Source of the DNA: Bacillota bacterium
Lineage (GTDB): Bacteria > Bacillota > Proteinivoracia > UBA4975
Direction: 5' to 3'
Assembly (NCBI GenBank): GCA_012727415.1
Contig: JAAYHI010000033.1
Span: 1-34,709, forward strand
Length of the DNA stretch: 34,709 nucleotides
Made by a program: the position numbers and the translations under genes. Shown here one piece after another: positions 24,195 through 33,383 of this stretch (positions are counted from its first letter, which is position 1; the number at the start of each line of letters is the position of its first letter). The notes under the pieces are model-generated. The model was not told where the DNA came from and made no database searches. It saw only the letters and a program-made list of their open reading frames with translations.

Positions 24195-25784
24195 ATGTAC
24201 CAGTCATTGGAGCAACTTTTGCTGGACACGGGGATGGCTACCCCCCAGCAAATTGAAGAAGCCCGGGCCGCCAACAAAGGAAGCAATATTGCCGAGGCCC
24301 TTACAGAAATTGGCGTTCTCACCCAGCAACAATACATAGAAATTATGGAATTCCATTTGGGGGTTCCCCACGTTAATCTCGATGCCTACCAGCTGAAGCC
24401 TGAGGTCTTGAAGCTTCTTGATGCTGAGTTGGTTAAGAGATATAAGTCTGTACCCGTGGAAAAAGTCGGCGACCGTTTGACTGTTGCCATGGCTGATCCC
24501 AAAAATGTCGTAGCCATCGATGACATTGCCCTGGCCACCGGATGTCAGGTAATCCCTGTCATTGCGGCCGAGTCCGAGTTGGACAGGGTCATCCGCCAAC
24601 ACTATACCATGCGGGAGTCCATGGAGCGGGTTGCCCAGGAGGCCGAACCGGAGGACAAATTTGACGTAGAGGAATTATCACTTCTGGTTGATGACGCTCC
24701 TATTGTCCGCATGGTGGACAATATGATTGAGCAGGCAGTCAACGAGGGTGCCAGTGACATCCACGTGGAACCCAGGGAGGATTCCCTGATCATCCGCTAC
24801 CGCATTGACGGCTTGTTGTACGAGCGCATGACTCCCCCGCGCAATACTCATCCCCTTATCGTATCCCGGTTAAAGATTATGGCCAATCTCGACATCGCCG
24901 AACGCCGGGTTCCCCAGGACGGCAGAATCAAGTTTATGCTGGGCGAGGACAGCAGTGTCGACCTGCGTATGAACACCATGCCTACAATTTACGGAGAAAA
25001 AGTGGTTTTGCGTATTCTCAACCCGGAATCAATTCTCCTTAAGCTGACTGACTTGGGGTTCAGTGAGGCTAATTACACTAAGTTTCAGGACATTATCACC
25101 AGAGCCTATGGTATGGTCCTGGTTACCGGCCCTACCGGCAGCGGTAAGACCACAACTCTGTACTCCGCTCTGAACTTTATTAACTCTCCCCATTTAAACC
25201 TGTCTACTGTCGAGGACCCGGTGGAGTATCGTCTGGCGGGCGTCAATCAGGTCAACGTCCACAGCAAGATCGGCATGACCTTTAATGCGGGACTTCGGGC
25301 TCTTCTCCGCCAGGACCCGGACATCATCATGATTGGAGAGATTCGGGATACCGAGACCTTGGAGACAGCTGTTCGCGCTGCCCTTACCGGCCACCTGGTG
25401 CTTTCCACTATTCACACTAACGATGCGCCTTCTACTTTGACGAGAATGGTTGAAATGGGCCTTCCCCCGTTCCTGGTGGTGGCTGCCACCAACGGCATCG
25501 TTGCCCAGCGCCTGGTGCGCAGGTTATGCCGCGACTGCAAGGGCGAGGGTTGCAGCCGGTGCAATAAAACCGGGTTTAAGGGCAGATTGGCTGTGCATGA
25601 GGTGTTGACTTTTACAGATACCTTGCGCCAGGCTGTCCTTGAAGGACGCGGGGCCTCGGAGTTACGCAAGATGGCAATGGCCGATGGTATGATTACCATG
25701 TATCAGGATGGCATGGAGAAAGTTAAATTAGGGCTGACAACCCGGGAAGAGGTAGTCCGTGTGGTTGGCCTTGACTATATCTAA
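24195..25784 (+). CDS. pilB: Type IV pilus assembly ATPase PilB
   Basis: 529 aa. It has an N-terminal T2SSE_N/MshEN-like domain, Walker A GPTGSGKTTT, VEDPVEY, DPDIIMIGEIRD, LTGHLVLSTIHT and the tetra-Cys motif CRDCKGEGCSRC. Confidence 0.95.
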   Translation: MYQSLEQLLLDTGMATPQQIEEARAANKGSNIAEALTEIGVLTQQQYIEIMEFHLGVPHVNLDAYQLKPEVLKLLDAELVKRYKSVPVEKVGDRLTVAMADPKNVVAIDDIALATGCQVIPVIAAESELDRVIRQHYTMRESMERVAQEAEPEDKFDVEELSLLVDDAPIVRMVDNMIEQAVNEGASDIHVEPREDSLIIRYRIDGLLYERMTPPRNTHPLIVSRLKIMANLDIAERRVPQDGRIKFMLGEDSSVDLRMNTMPTIYGEKVVLRILNPESILLKLTDLGFSEANYTKFQDIITRAYGMVLVTGPTGSGKTTTLYSALNFINSPHLNLSTVEDPVEYRLAGVNQVNVHSKIGMTFNAGLRALLRQDPDIIMIGEIRDTETLETAVRAALTGHLVLSTIHTNDAPSTLTRMVEMGLPPFLVVAATNGIVAQRLVRRLCRDCKGEGCSRCNKTGFKGRLAVHEVLTFTDTLRQAVLEGRGASELRKMAMADGMITMYQDGMEKVKLGLTTREEVVRVVGLDYI

Positions 25785-25814
25785 AATACCATTGATTGAA
25801 CCAGGGGGTACAGC

Positions 25815-26816
25815 ATGAGTCTACTGGACATTATCGAGTATGCAAGGCAAAGAGGAGCTTCAGATATTCACTTCACCAATCGTCGCCCGCCCTTGGTCCG
25901 AATCGACGGTGAATTGTTCCCTGTCGGCAAACAGAATCTGAATCCACAAGTGCTGGATGCAATTGTCAGGGAACTGGCCGGCGACAGGTATGAGGCTTTT
26001 GTGGCGAGAGGGGAAATGGATTTTACCTATCAGGCACCTCATAACCGTCTGAGGGTCAATATCTACTTCCAGCGAGGAGTGCCTGCTGCAGCATTGCGCC
26101 TCATTCCCGATAGAATCCCCCCCTTTGAGGAACTGGGTATTCCGCCAGCCGTGCGTTCTTTTGCTGAGTTGCATCAGGGACTGGTTCTCTTTACCGGCCC
26201 CACCGGCAGCGGAAAATCTACAACCATGGCTTCAATTATAAATGAAATTAACAGCACCAGAGCCTGTCACATACTTACCCTGGAGGACCCCATCGAATAT
26301 GTGCATCAGCACAAAAAGGCAATCGTCAACCAAAGGGAAATCCATCAGGACAGCAAATCCTTCGCCAACGCCCTGCGGGCAGCTTTGCGCCAGGACCCCG
26401 ATGTCATTCTGGTAGGGGAAATGCGGGACCTGGAAACCATATCTACCGCTGTGACGGCGGCGGAAACAGGGCACCTGGTTTTAGCTACTTTGCACACTTC
26501 CGGCGCCCCTGCAGCCGTTGACAGGATCATCGACGCTTTCCCTGCCCATCAGCAGCAGCAAATTCGCGTACAGCTGGCCGATACCCTCCGCGGTATCGTG
26601 GCGCAACGGCTGTTGCCCAAGAAGGGGGAGAAGGGACGGGTTTTGGCCTGTGAAATCCTTGTGGGCAATTCTGCCGTAAAAAACTTAATCCGGGAAGGGA
26701 AATTGCATCAGATTCCTGTTGCCATGGAGACAGGTTCAAAATTTGGCATGCAGACCTTTGAACAGTCTCTGAAAATGCTGGTTGACCAGGGACTTATCGA
26801 GCCAGTTCAGTTGTAA
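25815..26816 (+). CDS. pilT: Type IV pilus retraction ATPase PilT
   Basis: 333 aa. Motifs are GASDIHF, GPTGSGKSTT, LEDPIEY, DPDVILVGEMRD, ETGHLVLATLHT and the PilT-specific AHQQQQIRVQLADTLRGIVAQRL. Confidence 0.95.
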   Translation: MSLLDIIEYARQRGASDIHFTNRRPPLVRIDGELFPVGKQNLNPQVLDAIVRELAGDRYEAFVARGEMDFTYQAPHNRLRVNIYFQRGVPAAALRLIPDRIPPFEELGIPPAVRSFAELHQGLVLFTGPTGSGKSTTMASIINEINSTRACHILTLEDPIEYVHQHKKAIVNQREIHQDSKSFANALRAALRQDPDVILVGEMRDLETISTAVTAAETGHLVLATLHTSGAPAAVDRIIDAFPAHQQQQIRVQLADTLRGIVAQRLLPKKGEKGRVLACEILVGNSAVKNLIREGKLHQIPVAMETGSKFGMQTFEQSLKMLVDQGLIEPVQL

Positions 26817-26837
26817 ATTTGCAGAGGGGGTGACACC

Positions 26838-28049
26838 ATGCCCAATGTATACAGCTACAGGGCCAGGGATTTCACCGGTAAAATAATATCGGGGCAAATT
26901 CAGGCCGATGACATCAACCGGGCTGCCGAGATGATCCGAGAGAAAAGGCTGATTATTGTGGACCTGGCCCCGGGACAGATCAAGAAGAAGAGTACCTCCC
27001 TTTTTCAAAAGAAGGCGATTGCCCTTAAGGAATTTGCCGTTTTCTGCCGGCAAATGTCTACCATGACCAATGCGGGCGTGACGATTATTTCATCCATCAC
27101 CGCAATTTCTTCCCAGTCGGAAAACCCTTTGTTGACAGAAATCTTGACAGATGTTGCCAAGGAACTGGAAGCCGGCAAGACCTTCAGCGAGGCATGTTAT
27201 AAACACAAGGACGTTTTTCCCAACATCTTTATCAGCATGGTGGAAGCCGGCGAGGCCTCCGGTTCCCTGGATGTTGTCCTCAATCGCCTGGCGGAATACT
27301 TTGAGAACCAAAGTGAGATCAGGGAAAAGGTCAAATCTGCCACAACTTATCCCATGGTTATCGGCATTGTGGCCGTAGTAGTTGTAATTGCTCTCCTTAC
27401 CACTGTTATTCCCGGTTTCGCCGACATGTTTGCCCAGGCAGAGCAAGAACTGCCAGGTATAACCGTTGCCATGCTCACTCTCAGCGATATAATTAAAAAA
27501 TACTTTTTCATCCTCATCCCGGCAATAATTATTGCAATAGTTGCCATTCTGAGATGGTCAGGTACTACCAAGGGCCGCCACACCATTCAAAGGTGGAGCT
27601 TAAAGGTACCTAAGTTTGGAGTCATCTTCAGGAACTCAGCCATCGGCAGATTTTGCCGCTCCCTCAGTATCCTCGTTGGCAGCGGGGTCCCCATGGTCCA
27701 GGCCCTGGAAATAGTCGCCCGGGTGGTCAACAATGTGGAATTTTCCAGCGCCATTCTCCACGCCCGCAAAGGGGTGACGGAGGGAATGACTCTCAGCCAG
27801 GGCCTTGCCAGTTCGCCCCACTTTACTCCCCTGGTGCTGCACATGCTCCGGGTGGGGGAAGAGGCAGGGGCTTTGGATGACATGCTTTCCAAAGTTGCCG
27901 ACTTCTATGAGGATGAGGTCAAGTACACAGTGGACAGGCTGAGCTCAATTATCGAACCGATAATGATTTTGGGTTTAGCTTTAATAGTTGGCGTTATGCT
28001 GGTGTCGGTGATGCTGCCAATGTTCGAAATGGGCAGCCTTGTCCAGTAA
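26838..28049 (+). CDS. pilC: Type IV pilus platform protein PilC (GspF family)
   Basis: 403 aa with two T2SSF repeats (...FPNIFISMVEAGEASGSLDVVLNRLAEYFE... and ...FTPLVLHMLRVGEEAGALDDMLSKVADFYE...) and three TM segments. Confidence 0.92.
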   Translation: MPNVYSYRARDFTGKIISGQIQADDINRAAEMIREKRLIIVDLAPGQIKKKSTSLFQKKAIALKEFAVFCRQMSTMTNAGVTIISSITAISSQSENPLLTEILTDVAKELEAGKTFSEACYKHKDVFPNIFISMVEAGEASGSLDVVLNRLAEYFENQSEIREKVKSATTYPMVIGIVAVVVVIALLTTVIPGFADMFAQAEQELPGITVAMLTLSDIIKKYFFILIPAIIIAIVAILRWSGTTKGRHTIQRWSLKVPKFGVIFRNSAIGRFCRSLSILVGSGVPMVQALEIVARVVNNVEFSSAILHARKGVTEGMTLSQGLASSPHFTPLVLHMLRVGEEAGALDDMLSKVADFYEDEVKYTVDRLSSIIEPIMILGLALIVGVMLVSVMLPMFEMGSLVQ

Positions 28050-28149
28050 AATTGCTTATTCCGTCTGCGATAATATTACAAGGAGGTGGTGCTGAAGGCG
28101 CAAGCATCTGTCACCTATAATATCCCAACATATTAAAGGAGGTAATAAA

Positions 28150-28623
28150 ATGTTGAACTTTTTCTGTCGGACATTAAAAGATGATAAGGGCTTTACCCTT
28201 ATCGAAGTGCTGGTCGTTGTCGCCATCATTGGCATCCTGGTGGCCCTGGCAGCCCCCCGGGTCATCAAGCGGATTGATGACGCCAGACTTGCCGCTGACG
28301 AAGCTACCGCCAAGATTCTCAACGACGCCATCCTCTCCATCGAACTGGAGGCCCACAAGCAGAATAAGGAAAATTGGCACACCGGGATGATTACCTGGGG
28401 AGAATTGATGGAATTCCTCGATGATACCAACGTTGTATCTACTGACCAAGGCGAAGGTACTACTGTTTCTGAGCTTACGCTCCATGGCAAGAGCAAAAAG
28501 CATGTCATTAAGGCACTGGCGCCTAACTCTGGAGACAACAAATCAGAGGTTTACAAATTCTTCGTCATAGAACAAGAAGAAGGCACCGGCAATGATCCTG
28601 GTGAAGGCGGCACCGGCGACTAA
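28150..28623 (+). CDS. pilA: Major type IV pilin
   Basis: AAAGGAGG RBS. The class III signal is MLNFFCRTLKDDKG|FTLIEVLVVVAIIGILVALAAP. The protein is 157 aa with an acidic Gly-rich tail. It is the first pilin after pilC and is followed by a strong hairpin. Confidence 0.85.
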   Translation: MLNFFCRTLKDDKGFTLIEVLVVVAIIGILVALAAPRVIKRIDDARLAADEATAKILNDAILSIELEAHKQNKENWHTGMITWGELMEFLDDTNVVSTDQGEGTTVSELTLHGKSKKHVIKALAPNSGDNKSEVYKFFVIEQEEGTGNDPGEGGTGD

Positions 28624-28641
28624 GGCTAAAAACTAACAGCC

Positions 28642-28661
28642 AGACAGGGCATGCCCTGTCT
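28642..28661 (+). terminator. Perfect 20-nt palindrome after pilA (possible attenuating hairpin, no T-run)
   Basis: agacagggca/tgccctgtct lies 19 nt after the pilA stop. The downstream sequence is not U-rich. Confidence 0.4.
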
Positions 28662-28716
28662 AGCCCCTCCCTTATATTAATCTTCGTCTTATATTAACCA
28701 GAAAGGGGGCCAGCCC

Positions 28717-29709
28717 ATGGCAGCACTATCCAAGAAATATAAACTGGGACTGGACATCGGCAGCTCATCTATCAAACTATGCGTTCCCCACAGGGGGGGC
28801 AAGCCCCTTGTCTTGCGACTGCCAACTCCCCAAGGAGCAGTCAGCAAGGGAGTTTTACAAAATGCTGAGGCTGTTTCAGATTTTTTGCGCCAGCAGCTGC
28901 GAAACAAGCAATTGGTCAATCATCAAGTGGTGACAACTTTACCGGCCAGCACCTTGGTATTGAGACATATTCAGCTTCCCCGCTTAAAGGCAAAGGACCT
29001 CGCCGAGGCCATTCACTGGGAGGCAAGGCGTGTGCTGCCCTTCCCCCTTGAGGAAGCCCAATTGGACTGGCTGGTTCAGGACACTGTCATCAGTGAAGAA
29101 GGAGAGATGCAGGATATTCTCCTGGTGGCAGTGAGGGATTCCGTCATCGACCGCTATGTCCGGGCGATTAATGAAGCGGGCCTGAAACTGGTGGCCCTGG
29201 ACGTGGCCCCATTGGCCCTGGGGCGCTGGTTGTTGAAAACGGCCACAGGGGCGTCCCTGATCATTGACATTGGCGCTGAAACCACTCAGATTCACTTCTT
29301 CAACGACACCCATCTGATTTTTTCCCGCAGCGCGTCGGTGGGAGGGGTTGAAGCTACCCGAGCCATAGCTTCTGTCAGCGGGATGTCCTACGCCGAGGCT
29401 GAAGCTGCGAAAATTCGCGGCGAGTACCAGGAGGGCTGGCTGGATTCCTGGCTGCGAGAGGTTGGCAGAGAAATAGAGCGTTCCTTAGAATATTACAAGG
29501 CTAATTTCGAGCAAGGTGCCTCCGGCCGGTATGAGAGAGTCTACCTGTCGGGCGGGGCTGCCCTGACCAGGGGAATTCCCTCGGTCATCCGGCAAATTGC
29601 CGGAGTGGAGGTGGGCTTTGCTGAGTTTTCCAGCAGGGACCGCACCCCCAGGCATGACAAAATTATGTACAATGTGGCCTTGGGCGCCGGTATGTGGGGG
29701 GGGAAATAG
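28717..29709 (+). CDS. pilM: Type IV pilus assembly protein PilM (actin-like ATPase fold)
   Basis: KLGLDIGSSSIKL (phosphate-1 motif), ...IIDIGAETT..., ...VYLSGGAA.... Confidence 0.9.
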   Translation: MAALSKKYKLGLDIGSSSIKLCVPHRGGKPLVLRLPTPQGAVSKGVLQNAEAVSDFLRQQLRNKQLVNHQVVTTLPASTLVLRHIQLPRLKAKDLAEAIHWEARRVLPFPLEEAQLDWLVQDTVISEEGEMQDILLVAVRDSVIDRYVRAINEAGLKLVALDVAPLALGRWLLKTATGASLIIDIGAETTQIHFFNDTHLIFSRSASVGGVEATRAIASVSGMSYAEAEAAKIRGEYQEGWLDSWLREVGREIERSLEYYKANFEQGASGRYERVYLSGGAALTRGIPSVIRQIAGVEVGFAEFSSRDRTPRHDKIMYNVALGAGMWGGK

Positions 29710-30258
29710 ATGCAAATTCAAGTAAATCTTTTGCCCCCGCAATACCGACCACAACCATCGGTTAGGCTTTGGCCAATCCTCGTCACCATTGTGCTGACGG
29801 TCAACCTTTTGTCCATCAGCATATACTGGCTGACCCTGCATCTTGACGGGGTTGAAACCTGGAACAAAATCCAGGCAGTGGAAAACGAAATTGCCCAGCT
29901 CCAGCACCAAGTGGATGAAAACCTCTGGAGGGAAGAACTCCAGGTTCGGGTCAACAATTACAAGAAGTACATCGATACTGAAATAAGTGAATCGGTTCTT
30001 TGGCACCCTGCAGCTTCAGTGGTGGAAAGAGCCATGGTTCCAGGCCTGCGTATTGACTCTCTTGATTTCTCCCCATCCGGGGACATCCGCATTTCCGGCG
30101 AAGTAAACACCATCGAGACGGCGGCGAAGTTTTGGGGAAGCATCCAGGCGGAATCCGGGTTGGAAGTCGTCCGCCTCAGTCAAGTCACTCCAGGCAAGAA
30201 GTTTGACATGATATTGCGGAGCTGGTACGGCCGGGAGGTGGAAGAAGATGGCGAGTAA
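29710..30258 (+). CDS. pilN: PilN-like fimbrial assembly protein
   Basis: The N-terminus is MQIQVNLLPPQYR, followed by one TM helix and a coiled-coil. The gene starts at the nucleotide after the pilM stop. Confidence 0.8.
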   Translation: MQIQVNLLPPQYRPQPSVRLWPILVTIVLTVNLLSISIYWLTLHLDGVETWNKIQAVENEIAQLQHQVDENLWREELQVRVNNYKKYIDTEISESVLWHPAASVVERAMVPGLRIDSLDFSPSGDIRISGEVNTIETAAKFWGSIQAESGLEVVRLSQVTPGKKFDMILRSWYGREVEEDGE

Positions 30259-30829
30259 GCTTACTACCCAACACAAGTGGATTATTGCAATTATCGCTGT
30301 CATCATTATCAATGTCGCCGTCTGGTTTTTTGGGCTGTCACCGGCTTTGGAGGGGGTAAAGAGCGCTCAGGCTGAGCTCGATGCCCGCCAGGGGAAACGG
30401 GATAGCTTGCAGCAGCGCTTGGATGAGCTAAATGCCATTGACACCGTTGCCCTGGAGCAGGAGCTGGAGGTTCAGCGGATTCGCATCCCCCAGGTGGGGT
30501 TGTTGGCAGAATTTATCACCGAGCTGGAAAAAGTGGCCCTGGGTGAAAAGCTGGTCGTCGACAGGCTGAGCATCTCCGAACCCTCCGCCCGGGAGCAGTT
30601 TATGGTAACATCAATATCTATCAATTTGACGGGACAGTATCCCGCTTTGGTAAAATACCTCACTTTTTTAGAAAACCACTCTCGCTTGGTAATAGTGGAT
30701 TCTGCCAGTTTTAGGGCAGCTTCTGACGGAAAATTGCAGTGCACCATTGACTTGGACATTTTTGCCGAGGACTTTGACCCCATCACTCCCCACAAAGCTC
30801 CAGGCCGGGATAATCCCTTCAGGTTGTAA
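30248..30829 (+). CDS. pilO: PilO-like pilus assembly protein
   Basis: It has a single N-terminal TM helix, a coiled-coil (ELDARQGKRDSLQQRLDELN) and a ferredoxin-like C-terminus. It overlaps pilN by 11 nt. Confidence 0.75.
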   Translation: MASKLTTQHKWIIAIIAVIIINVAVWFFGLSPALEGVKSAQAELDARQGKRDSLQQRLDELNAIDTVALEQELEVQRIRIPQVGLLAEFITELEKVALGEKLVVDRLSISEPSAREQFMVTSISINLTGQYPALVKYLTFLENHSRLVIVDSASFRAASDGKLQCTIDLDIFAEDFDPITPHKAPGRDNPFRL

Positions 30830-30830
30830 G

Positions 30831-31571
30831 ATGTTTTGGCTCATTACCTTTTTTGTCCTTGGTTCTGTCCTTGGCAGCTTTGCCAATGTATGTATTTGGC
30901 GTCTGCCCCGCAATGAGTCCATTGTCTGGCCACCGTCCCACTGTCCCCATTGTCAGGGCAAGTTGCGCCCCCAACATTTGCTGCCGCTGATTAGTTGGCT
31001 TGCGCTCAGGGGAAAGTGCGCCATGTGCCAGGGGAAAATTTCCTTGCGTTACCCGGCAGTGGAACTTGTCTCCGCTTTGCTCTTTGCCGCAATCGGCTAT
31101 AAATGGCAGCTCTCAGTTACTACCTTGCAATACTGTACTCTGTCCCTGGCATTGATTATCAGCGTGGCCACAGATATATCTCACCGGGAGATCCCTGATG
31201 AGGTCAGCCTGGGGGCAGCAGCAATTCTGGCCATTGCTGCCCTGCTCACCGCCCAGTGGGGGCATCTCCTGGGAGGGATAATCCTCTTCAGCATCTTATT
31301 TCTTATTGCAGTAGTAAGTCGGGGAGGAATGGGTGGTGGAGACATTAAATTGGCCCTGGCCATAGGCCTGGGGCTGGGCTGGAAGGCAGGTTTAATCGCC
31401 CTGGTCCTGGCGATAGTCATTGGCGGAGTGTTGGCGACGGTGCTGTTGTTGCGGGGAACCCGGGGTAAGGCATTGCCCTTTGCCCCCTTCCTGGCGGCTG
31501 GATCCTTGATTGCCATGTTTTGGGGGGATATTTTGGCAGAATTTTACGTTTCTATTGTCATGGGGCTGTGA
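30831..31571 (+). CDS. pilD: Prepilin peptidase (A24 family) PilD
   Basis: ATG 30831 gives MFWLITFFVLGSVLGSFANVCIWRLP.... Cys motifs CPHC...CAMC are present, and the two catalytic Asp contexts are ATDISHREIPDE and GGMGGGDIKLA. The ORF-track start at 30747 overlaps pilO and is rejected. Confidence 0.92.
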   Translation: MFWLITFFVLGSVLGSFANVCIWRLPRNESIVWPPSHCPHCQGKLRPQHLLPLISWLALRGKCAMCQGKISLRYPAVELVSALLFAAIGYKWQLSVTTLQYCTLSLALIISVATDISHREIPDEVSLGAAAILAIAALLTAQWGHLLGGIILFSILFLIAVVSRGGMGGGDIKLALAIGLGLGWKAGLIALVLAIVIGGVLATVLLLRGTRGKALPFAPFLAAGSLIAMFWGDILAEFYVSIVMGL

Positions 31572-31631
31572 ATATGTTAGATTATTTGTACAGAAATTGG
31601 TTTGCTTGAGATTTGATGCACTTGAATAATA

Positions 31632-32999
31632 TTGAAAGGTGGTGCACTATCAGTGTTGGTTCGCAATCAAAAGGGTTCGATTTTGTTGGTTGCCTTGTCG
31701 GTGACTCTGTGTCTTCTCCTACTGGGAGCTGGTCTGGTTGCTTTAAGTTATGCAGACCTGAAACAAAGTGTCCGCCAGCAGAGAAATGCCGAGGCACTTT
31801 ACATTGCCAGGGGAGCTACCGATGCTGTGGCTTCATATCTGTTGGCACATCCTGAGGCCATCCCTCAGGTTCTTGCCCGGGGCTATGATGAAGTAGTCCT
31901 GGAAAATGGTGCGAGGTTTACAGTCAGCGTCTCCAAAGATGATGATGACAGGATTCTCATTTCTTCGACGGGCTACTCAGGCGAAAATTATGAGCGGCTC
32001 ACCTTCTCCCTGGAGCCCCGCACCGAAACAATTTACACGGAACCGGAAGTTGTCTACCCCATTTTTGACATGGCTGTTTTTGCCGAGGGCAGCATTACTA
32101 TCGGCAATGCAGGCATCATAGATGGCAACCTCGGCACCCACACCGTATTGGCTGGCGACGTGTACTTAAACAATGCTTCCATAGTGGACGGCAGTGTTCA
32201 GGTGGGTATCGGCGCCAATCCTTCCCGAGTGGTTACCATCAAAAACAGTGCACAGGTTTACGGCATTATCACCAACCTTGACGAGGAGCGGCAGTACCCC
32301 CTGCCCATCTTCCCTGAGTTTCCCGATCTGCCCAACCGGGGGAATCTCAGTGTCGGTACCAGCACCGTTTCTGTTTCCGAAAGCGGCTATTATAACAATA
32401 TCACCGTCACCAACTCCGGAAAGCTGATTTTTAATGTCGGCTCAGGTACTATGAAGATCAGGGCAAAAAACTTCTCACTTAATAATTCTTCGCAAATGGA
32501 GATTGTTGGCTCAGGAAAACTGATTCTCTATGTCGAAGAAAAATTGGAATTTAAAAACAGCAGTACTTTTAATGTCAACACCAACGATCCCAATAAAGCT
32601 CTCCTCTATTACAAAGGTGCCAGTTCAAAACTGAAGATCAACAACAGTTGTACTTTCTGCGGTTCCATCTATGCTGAGAAGGCAGACTTTGACCTGGCAA
32701 ACAGCGGTTTGATCCTGGGAAGTATTTTCACCGGCGGCACCGACGTCAAACTGTCAAATGCCAGCATGGCATATGTCCAGGTAATCTACGCTCCCAACGC
32801 TTTGGTCACCCTGCACAACTCGGGATATGTGCGGGGAGCAATAGTCTGTAAAGAATTTGAGTCCAAGAACGCCAGTCGCGTGGAATTTGCTGCCGATGCT
32901 CAGGAAATTTGGGACTGGCTGTCGGACCTTCAGTTTGAGCCCCAAGAGCCTCAGCCAATTGAGGTTACTACTTATATCAAAGGCTCCTGGTCCAATTAA
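31632..32999 (+). CDS. Large PilX-N-like pilus protein with a predicted beta-helix C-terminal domain (possible tip/adhesin subunit)
   Basis: The N-terminus NQKG|SILLVALSVTLCLLLLGAGLVAL...RNAEALYIARGA is PilX-like. The C-terminal ~320 aa consist of short beta-strand repeats rich in N/S/G turns (ITIGNAGIIDGNLG, VYLNNASIVDGSVQVG, FSLNNSSQMEIVGSGKLILY, LEFKNSSTFNV, LKINNSCTFCGSIYA, VKLSNASMAYVQVIYA, VTLHNSGYVRGAIVC). GTG 31653 is a possible alternative start. Confidence 0.7.
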   Translation: MKGGALSVLVRNQKGSILLVALSVTLCLLLLGAGLVALSYADLKQSVRQQRNAEALYIARGATDAVASYLLAHPEAIPQVLARGYDEVVLENGARFTVSVSKDDDDRILISSTGYSGENYERLTFSLEPRTETIYTEPEVVYPIFDMAVFAEGSITIGNAGIIDGNLGTHTVLAGDVYLNNASIVDGSVQVGIGANPSRVVTIKNSAQVYGIITNLDEERQYPLPIFPEFPDLPNRGNLSVGTSTVSVSESGYYNNITVTNSGKLIFNVGSGTMKIRAKNFSLNNSSQMEIVGSGKLILYVEEKLEFKNSSTFNVNTNDPNKALLYYKGASSKLKINNSCTFCGSIYAEKADFDLANSGLILGSIFTGGTDVKLSNASMAYVQVIYAPNALVTLHNSGYVRGAIVCKEFESKNASRVEFAADAQEIWDWLSDLQFEPQEPQPIEVTTYIKGSWSN

Positions 33000-33020
33000 G
33001 TTGCCAGGGAGGGGTATAAT

Positions 33021-33383
33021 GTGAAGTACCTCAGGAAAAAATCTGGTTTTTCCCTTGTAGAAGTTATCGTTGCCACAGCTATACTTCTGATTGGCATCCT
33101 GGCCGTCAGCTCCCTTTTGCTGCGCGGTTTAAAAGGGATGCATACCGCAGAAAACAGAAGTGACGTACTTCATGATACCCAAAAGGACATAGAGGCAGTT
33201 ATTCAAAACGAAGAGGCAGATGATGAGGCTATTGTTGTCCGCGAGCCCTACACCTTGCGGTTTGAGAATCTGGGCATCGAGGTGGAAGGAACCTTGGTTA
33301 CGGTGAAAAAGATTGCCGCAGGCTTGCCCGAGGGGGAAATTGTTTATGTTACTTTTATCCCCAATGAGGGGTTGGAGGAATGA
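33021..33383 (+). CDS. Minor pilin (PilV-like prepilin)
   Basis: GTG start, with MKYLRKKSG|FSLVEVIVATAILLIGILAV and Glu at +5. Confidence 0.75.
   Translation: MKYLRKKSGFSLVEVIVATAILLIGILAVSSLLLRGLKGMHTAENRSDVLHDTQKDIEAVIQNEEADDEAIVVREPYTLRFENLGIEVEGTLVTVKKIAAGLPEGEIVYVTFIPNEGLEE

Noticed and set aside
30747-30830. Upstream extension of pilD (ORF-track start 30747)
   Set aside because: It overlaps the end of pilO. ATG 30831 gives the canonical prepilin peptidase N-terminal TM helix.
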